A stretch of DNA of 64,000 nucleotides from Octopus vulgaris (taxonomy: Eukaryota): NCBI GenBank assembly GCA_951406725.2, contig OX597822.1, positions 115,692,001 to 115,756,000 of the forward strand, given 5' to 3'. Shown piece by piece: positions 56,151 to 64,000 of the stretch (position 1 is its first letter; every line of letters begins with the position of its first letter). The notes beneath the pieces were generated by a model. That model saw only the letters and a program-made list of their open reading frames with translations. It had not been told where the DNA came from and made no database searches. The position numbers and the translations under genes are program-made.

Positions 56151-56396
56151 AGTGGAAACCTACTATCAACAACCTTGTTGTTCACCAGTTATAATATAGG
56201 TAATAAACCGTCTAGATGAATGCTGCAGAACCCATTTGACGGCATTCTAGGCCCCTGGACAGAGCAATGCAGTGGAACTCCAACACGCTTAATCCCTATG
56301 CTTACCAAAACATACACAGGATCCAATGACCTGTGCGGCACCCGAGCAGCCGCCAGTGTGTCCATACCCTAAGATGGCACTGTATAGTATGGTTGT

Positions 56397-56612
56397 TAAG
56401 GCAGTGAACTGATAGAATCGTTTACAGTGTCAGATAAAATTATTTGCTGTATTTATCACGGATTTTTACGTACTGAGTTCAAACCCCGCTGGGGGTCAAT
56501 TATACTCTTTGGGGTCGATAATATAAAGGCCCAGTCAAGTACAGTATTCGATGGTATAGACTTCCCTCCCCACCTCAAAATCGCTGGCTTTGTAACCAAG
56601 TCAGAAACCATT
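56397..56612 (+). mobile_element. SINE group C (old)
   Basis: aaggcagtgaactgatagaatcgtt...actgagttcaaacccc...ggggtcgataa. Confidence 0.65.
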
Positions 56613-57330
56613 AGTGCTGTTTTTGTTATTTGGCTTTATGTCAACTCTCATGAAGCAGATTACTGGTCAAAAACGGTCTAACCATGACCATGCCATTTAT
56701 TTTCAGATGTCTTACATCAAGAAGTACACAAACCAATGTCTCCTATTTCTTTAAAAGATGGTAGTGAGATTTAAAAGACATTTGGCTGCTATTTCTAGCA
56801 AGCCTATTGACAACGTGGAGTTTCCCTCATTGGCTCCTGTTATCGTTGTTTAGCCCTAGACCAATTTTCCTTAAACAGAATTATGATCAAGGGCATTCCA
56901 GCCATGACTAATCCATTCATTTTATGGATATTTAGGACTATATTACACAGCGCGTCCTTTTCCTTTCCCAGTATAGTAGGATGTGCTCTGAGGCTGTTTT
57001 GGCTACTGTTTCTGCCAGATCGAACCACCGTTTAGAGGCTCCGACGTTGGCCCATGTATACCAAGATAAAATTAGAGATGTGGTACCCACCTTGAATCTG
57101 GGGGATGGTGAGATCAGCATTGCAAACTAACAAAACACTTCTCAATTGTACAGTGCTGCCACCACTTACACTCTTCAGTATCACCTACATACAGCAAGAG
57201 AATATGAACTATCCGTAGCTGTATCATGGCCGTGAACGCCAGTCAACGTGTTGGTGCTGCCGCTGATTACAACGATCACTTAGTCTCTTCAGTTGTAACA
57301 ACTTACAGCTATGCAGACTGGACCAGTTAT

Positions 57331-57504
57331 TGACTTTGGCACAAGGCCAGCAATTTCGGGGAAGCGGGGAAGTCGATTACATCGACCCCAGTACTCAACT
57401 GGTACTTATTTTAATCGATCGCGAAAGGATGAAAGGCAAAGTCGACCTCGGCAGAATTTGAAATTCAGAAAGTAAAGACGGACGAAATGCTGTTAAGCAT
57501 TTTG
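57331..57504 (-). mobile_element. 5'-truncated SINE group C with 16-bp TSD
   Basis: agactggaccagttat at 57315-57330 and agactggactaattat at 57505-57520. Confidence 0.85.
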
Positions 57505-57689
57505 AGACTGGACTAATTATCGAAACAGTTAAATGTATTTGCTATTATCTGTTTATACGCTACTTTATCGATTTGACCATGTTTGCTCTCTGTTTAGTTC
57601 CATCGCGAAATAAAAGTAGAAATTCGCTAAACTTATTTCCCCCGCAGTCAATGTGCTTCGTGTGTTAGGGAGGAATCCCGCTCGTCAGA

Positions 57690-57775
57690 ACATCCATCTG
57701 CTACTACCGTACAACATCATTTCCCTGCAAGCAACACGCTTCTTGTGGGAAGGGTGTGTTACCCTGGTCAGGACT
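57690..57775 (+). pseudogene. Small fragment of the Tx1 family
   Basis: [12 protein letters not shown] versus [12 protein letters not shown] at ~38525-38560. Confidence 0.6.
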
Positions 57776-57838
57776 GCTACAACCATCATCTGTCTGGAGC
57801 ACCAGGGATACAGTTTCCTACAATGCAGATATATAATG

Positions 57839-58278
57839 GCTTCAAATTTTGGCACAAGGCCAGCAATTTCGGAGACAGAGCAAGTCAATGAAATCGACCC
57901 CAGTGCTCAAACGGTACTTATTTTATCGACCCCGAAAGGTGGAGTCTACTTCAACGGAATTTGAACTCAGAAAGTAAGGACGGACGAAATGCTGCTAAGC
58001 ATTTTGTCCGGCATGCTTACGAATCTACTAGCTCGCTGCCTTATGCAGGTATACAGTGATTTCAAATTTTTCACAAGGCCAGCAATTTCGAGAGAGAAGG
58101 TAAGAAAGTAAATTACATCGACTCCACTACTTAATTCGTACTTGTTTCTCGACTCCGAAAGAATGAAAGGCAAAGTCAACCTCCGCAGAATTTGAATTCA
58201 GAACGTAAAGACAGATCGGACGAAACGACGCTAAACATTTCGCCCGACCAGCTAACGATTCTGGCAGCTCGCTGCCTT
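57839..58278 (-). mobile_element. Two tandem SINE group C copies separated and flanked by the same 16-mer
   Basis: atgcagRtataYaRtg at 57823, 58043 and 58279. Confidence 0.85.
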
Positions 58279-58502
58279 ATGCAGGTATATAATGAAAGGG
58301 CTTCATCTATAGACAGCGTCAGATGTGGTCATCTTTTTGTCAAGCACGTTTTCCTGCAGCACTTCTTTTTCCTTTTCACGGAGTTAAAATTTATGACATA
58401 GTTTAGTCGCATACTTGACACCCGACATCCGGATTGTTATCGGACGCCGACAATTGACAACCAGTTCGACAATGTAGATATTGCAATATCAACCTTTGCA
58501 TT

Positions 58503-59163
58503 AAGGTGGCGAGCCGGCAGAAACGTTGGCACACCGAGCGAAATGCTTAGCGGTATTTCGTCTGCCGCTACGTTCTGAGTTCAAATTCCGCCGAGGTCGA
58601 CTTTGCCTTTCATCCTTTCGGGGTCGATCAAATAAATACCAGTTACGCACTGGAGTCGATATAATCGGCTTAATCCGTTTGTCTGTCCTTGTTTGTCCCC
58701 TCTGTGTGTAACCTCTTGTGGGCAGTAAAGAAACGGTAGCACGCCGGACGAAATGCTTAGCGGTATTTCGTCTGCCGCTACGTTCTGAGTTCAAATTCCG
58801 CCGAGGTCGACTTTGCCTTTCATCCTTTCGGGGTCGATAAATTAAGTACCAGTTACGCACTGGAGTCGATGTAATCGACTTAATCCGTTTGTCTGTCCTT
58901 GTTTGTCCCCTCTATGTTTAGCCCCTTGTGGGTAGTAAAGAAATAGGTATTTTGTCAGTCTTTACGTTCTGAGTTCAAATTCCACCGAAGTCGACTTTGC
59001 TTTAATTCATCTTAATCATACTTAATTTATTGTACTTAATTTATCGAAAGGATGAATCTTTTCGAGGTCGATAAATTAAGTACCAGTTACGTACTGGGGT
59101 CGATCTAATCGACTAGCCCCCCCTCTCCAAAAATCTCGGGCCTTGTGCCTAGAGTAGAAAACT
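58503..59163 (+). mobile_element. Trimeric SINE group C with 17-bp TSD
   Basis: TSD atatcaacctttgcatt at 58486-58502 and 59164-59180; three body repeats. Confidence 0.92.
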
Positions 59164-59304
59164 ATATCAACCTTTGCATTTTATAAAGAAGTGTTCTAGG
59201 GAGGTCAGTTGGGATCAATTAATGACTCTCTTCCTTTTATGGATTATTGATATTTTCAAATTCTTGTCTGACATCTCTGGTTCTGGAGAAACTCAAAGGA
59301 CATA

Positions 59305-59480
59305 ACCAAACCTTTCCCAGATGCACAAAGATCGATGGAAGTGACTCAACAGGCGTGATATTACCGTTAGCCGAACTTTTCGGAGATTCACGGAGATCGA
59401 CGAAAGCAACTCAATAGGCGCGACATTGCCGTTAGCCGAACCTTTCCGAGATCCGTCGTCCCGAAATTTCTCAGATGCCC
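59305..59480. repeat. 65-bp tandem repeat, ~2.3 copies
   Basis: actcaacaggcgtgatattaccgttagccgaac (59344) versus actcaataggcgcgacattgccgttagccgaac (59409). Confidence 0.8.
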
Positions 59481-59837
59481 GGAGATTACTGAAAATATTC
59501 TCCATTAACATCTTCAGTGCCTGAAGATTTCTCAGTTGTGTGAAGTTGTAGTAAACAACAGTTGTTGCATCTAAGACTATTAACTGATACGATCACCATG
59601 GTCACTTTGTCGCCATCTTTTCTCCTTATTAGTTTTATGCTGATCAGTCAATGCGTAAAAATTGGGACCACACAAAGACATGTCTTCACCTAAAATTCAA
59701 CACGATTTTGTATTTTGCAGTTTATGTTTTGTCCTTTTTTATGTGTTTTTTAACAGCCGTCAGTTTGTCATTCTTATTACCATTCTAAGGTTAAAAGTCT
59801 TATAATTCAAAATCTCATCTTAGCAAAATTTTATTGC

Positions 59838-60425
<588 letters not shown>

Positions 60426-61023
60426 AAAGCAACAGAGAAACCGAAGAAGCAACAATAACATCTTCGAGCGTTTACATTCTTCGGTTTCGGGTGTTCCTTT
60501 ACTCGTTCTCTGATATTTCTGTCGCATTTGTCATCTTTTTTTCTTTACCAAGGGCCAGGACAGCATTTGAGCTCACCACTAAAGGATCATACAACCTTTT
60601 TTTTTTTCCTTTTAATGCTCCGCATGCTGTAGTGATTCATAGTATATGATTACAGATAGTTAAACCACGATAAAAAAATGTTAATATATCAGCCCCTGTA
60701 ACATAGTAAAACACAAATTCCGAAATACGAATCGCTGACTTCTTTATGAACGCCACTACAACACGCAATCGTCAACTGCATTTTGCCAGGGTCTCCTTCG
60801 TAATGTTAAAACCGTGGCTTGTTTTGCTCGAAATATTTTAAAATAAAAAACATTTTAAAAAAAGCTACAAGGAAGTGAATGAGAAAATCTAATTTCACGA
60901 GTGGAGTTTATGCGTTAATTAGTTTATTCAAACTGCTGGCGTATAAATGGCTTTTCTACTTGTACCAGTTCCAACTGACAACGTCACCAGAAAATGGCGG
61001 ATTTTCAACATCTTCACATTTAC

Positions 61024-61066
<43 letters not shown>

Positions 61067-61320
61067 CGTTAGAGGACACGTGTGTGTATAGACATGGACA
61101 CACAGATATGCGCACGGCCTCGTGCACACAATGCTCTCAAATTCATGTTTATGAGCAAATGTATGTATGTGTGTTCGTTTACGTACTTACGTTTGTGTGT
61201 GTGTGTGTGTGTATTTGTACGTATTTATGTGTATGTGTATGTTATGTGTGTGCATGTTGTATGTACGTGTGTCTGTGTATACATACATGCATATGCCTAT
61301 TGTATGTATGCATGTATGCC

Positions 61321-61378
<58 letters not shown>

Positions 61379-61819
61379 TATGTATATATGCATGCATGTA
61401 TGCACATGAGTGTGTAAATATTTGTGTATTCATATATATATGTACATATATTTATGTATACACATGCATATATTTATACAAACACACATATATTCATACA
61501 CGTATATATAAATATGTATATATGTATGCATGCATACATATACATGTGGGTATGTGTGTGTGTGTATGTATGGAGTTGTGGGTGTGAGTGAGTATATATG
61601 GAAGTACTTAAATGCCTATATATTTGTTTAGAGATGCGTGGCATTGGCATGCGTATGCGTGTGCACGCGTGCGTGATAGCATGTGTGTGTGTGTGCACGC
61701 ATGCGTGTGTGTGCGGAGAGAGAGAGAGATTCGTCCACCTCTCTTCATGCTTGACAGAGCTTTGATATAATATTCTCCGTGCAACTGAAGCTTATCCTGG
61801 TCACTATTTTGCTGGTAAA

Positions 61820-61859
61820 CAGCAACGACAACGACAACAACAACAGCAACAACAACAAT

Positions 61860-61890
<31 letters not shown>

Positions 61891-62520
61891 ATAACAACAG
61901 TAACAACAAAAACAACATCCACTACCAATATAATTACATGAACAAGAAGCAAGAAAACTTTGAGCGAGAGAACAACTGTAAAAAATGCAGAATTGACAAC
62001 GAGCTGTCGTTGTTGTTGTTGTTGTTAACATCTCAACTGTAACTGCAGCTACAACAGCCAATTAATAATGTTAATGATGGTGGTGGTGGTGGTGATGGTG
62101 GTGGTAGTGGTGGTGGTGGTGATGGTGGTGGTAGTGGTGGTGGTGGTGGTCGTCGTCTCTACGATGGTGCTAGTGGTGGAGTATGACAGAAATGGTAGAA
62201 CGCCTTGATGTATTCAGTCCCTGGGCTAACGTTCCAAGTAAGAAATCATCATCATCATCATCATCATCACCATCGTTGTCGTCGTCGTCATTACCACTAC
62301 CACTTCCGCCACCGCCGCCGCCACCATCATAATCATCATCGCCACCCTCTCCGCCGCTATCATCACCACCACCGCGTCCACCTCTTCTGCCATCATCATA
62401 AACACCATCACCACCATTACAACCACCATGACCACCACCACTGCTACCATAACGCCCACCGGCATCACCACACCATTCTCCTGTCACCACCACCATCATC
62501 ATCATTATCATCATCATCCA
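61820..62520. repeat. Mixed trinucleotide low-complexity region (CAA/CAG, GGT, CAT/CAC)
   Basis: Tandem repeats. Confidence 0.9.
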
Positions 62521-62837
62521 GTGCCTATTGACCAAAAAGAGGCGGTTCCAATCAAACCATGCTAAACGCTCGTATATCGGAGAACAACAGTTGAGAAGAG
62601 GAATGCAGCTTTGGTGCCGAATTGGTTTTCCATTATCTAGCATTGCTTCACAACCAGACTCCGTATTATTCTTGGGGTGTCCAGAAAATTTCTTCTCTTT
62701 TTTGTTCGGTTAAAATTTATCTGCTTCTACTTCTTCAACGTAATAAATGACTTGATTTTTTTTGGTTCTGCAATTCCTAATAATATTTCATTCTGAAAAT
62801 AATATAAGTTTTTATTTAAAATATTGAATGGCTATGA

Positions 62838-63092
62838 AGGTCCACCCGAGGAAAACTAGGAATCAAAGGGGCCCATGAGTAGAAAAAAAATGGTTGAGAA
62901 CCACTGATTTATAAGATTCTCTTATTGACTCTATTGGAGGTTCCATTGAACGTAAAGATCTGCATCATCCATGGATTCCTGTATTACTCTGTCCTTCAAG
63001 CCTGTTTTTGAAGTGTTGGCTATATCACTGGTCTCCAACCATTTTTTATACCACAGACCGGCTTCATGCCGGACAATCTTTCCGCGGACCTG
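62838..63092. mobile_element. hAT (Charlie/MER-like) terminal fragments
   Basis: Right-end type ...aaaatggttgagaaccactg (ends ~62907) and left-end type cactggtctccaacc...gcggacc (from ~63027). Confidence 0.55.
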
Positions 63093-63146
63093 TAGTGGCA
63101 CATATATGTAATTTAAGTGTATTTCGATAAATTTGAATAAATTTGA

Positions 63147-63199
<53 letters not shown>

Positions 63200-63200
<1 letters not shown>

Positions 63201-63843
63201 TTTTTTTTTTCTTCTTTCAAATTTGCTTCCCTTTCTTGCCGAGTGTCTTCCCGACTCCTAGAGCAAAGAAACTCATAGTATACATTGGTAGGCCATTAAA
63301 CCAAACTCAGTAGTTCGTTCATTTTTTTTTTTTTTAAATACATGAGCAGCAACAGTTCTCACATCGACAATGCTCTTCTCAATACGTGTGATGTACCAGT
63401 TAAGACAATCTTTTGCACTTCTTGCAGGGATGGTAAGCCAGGGATCATTCTCATATAATTTTCGGTTCCCTTCTTGATCATTCCTAGTGCTCCTACGATC
63501 ACTGGTATTGTAACCACCTTGAGATGCCACATTTTCTCAATTTCAATGAGTAGGTCTTTATATTTTCTGAGCTTGTCAAACTCTTTCGCTGAGATATTAT
63601 GATCACAGGGGATGCTCATGTCGATCAATAAGCAAACTTTATTGTTTTGGTCTTTCACAACAATATCTGGTTTATTGGCCTTGATGGTTCGGTCTGTATG
63701 TACTGGAAAGTCCCACAGAATGGTTACATTTTCTCCTTCAGTTACAGCCTCAGGGTGGTGATTATACCACTTGTCGGCAGTTTTGATATTGTAATGCCGA
63801 CTTATTAGCCAGTGTAGATATTGGCCAACTCTGTCATGTCTTA
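63200..63843 (-). mobile_element. 5'-truncated R4/Dong-like LINE, RLE frame open, within (ATT)n
   Basis: RHDRVGQYLHW...ILWDFPVHTDRTIKANKPDIVV...IDMSIP...KYKDL...PVIVGALG...QKIVLTGTSHVLRRAL*; (ATT)n on both sides. Confidence 0.93.
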
Positions 63844-63907
<64 letters not shown>

Positions 63908-64000
63908 GCATTGAAGCACTGGGGCCGATATAAGTGACTATCCTCCTCCCGCGAAATTTCTGGAATTGTGCCAAAATTATTATTATTATTATTACTATTA

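Noticed and set aside
59293-59511. 72-aa ORF MLMENIF...
   Set aside because: Overlaps a 65-bp repeat that shifts frame between units; no homology recognised.
60437-60488. 12-bp inverted repeat gaaaccgaagaa/ttcttcggtttc
   Set aside because: Single short hairpin with no supporting context; may be chance.

Overview
Repeat-saturated, AT-rich animal genomic DNA, most likely from an octopus or other coleoid cephalopod. This is inferred from the SINE families, which resemble the Octopus OR/OK SINEs as I remember them, and from the extreme microsatellite density. I see no intact multi-exon gene; nearly all long ORFs in the track are microsatellite artefacts. Identifiable content: (1) three tRNA-derived SINE groups, labelled A, B and C here, many nested, chimeric or multimeric with clear target-site duplications; (2) decayed non-LTR retrotransposons: CR1/L2-like, Tx1/L1-like, several R4/Dong-like RLE families, and a Penelope-like (PLE) GIY-YIG fragment; (3) four non-autonomous mariner derivatives, including an amplified fold-back form; (4) hAT and Helentron-like ends; (5) higher-order microsatellite arrays. 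The most interesting signal is a dispersed set of about 10 short, microsatellite-flanked modules carrying hammerhead-ribozyme-like cores (CUGANGA...GAAAC-palindrome-GUH). Several have greatly enlarged stem II domains; they are probably PLE pseudo-LTR relics, and most carry core mutations. Two candidate host exons are proposed at low to moderate confidence: a 33-nt microexon on + and a possible first coding exon on -. Coordinates were read by eye, and boundaries of decayed elements are approximate.
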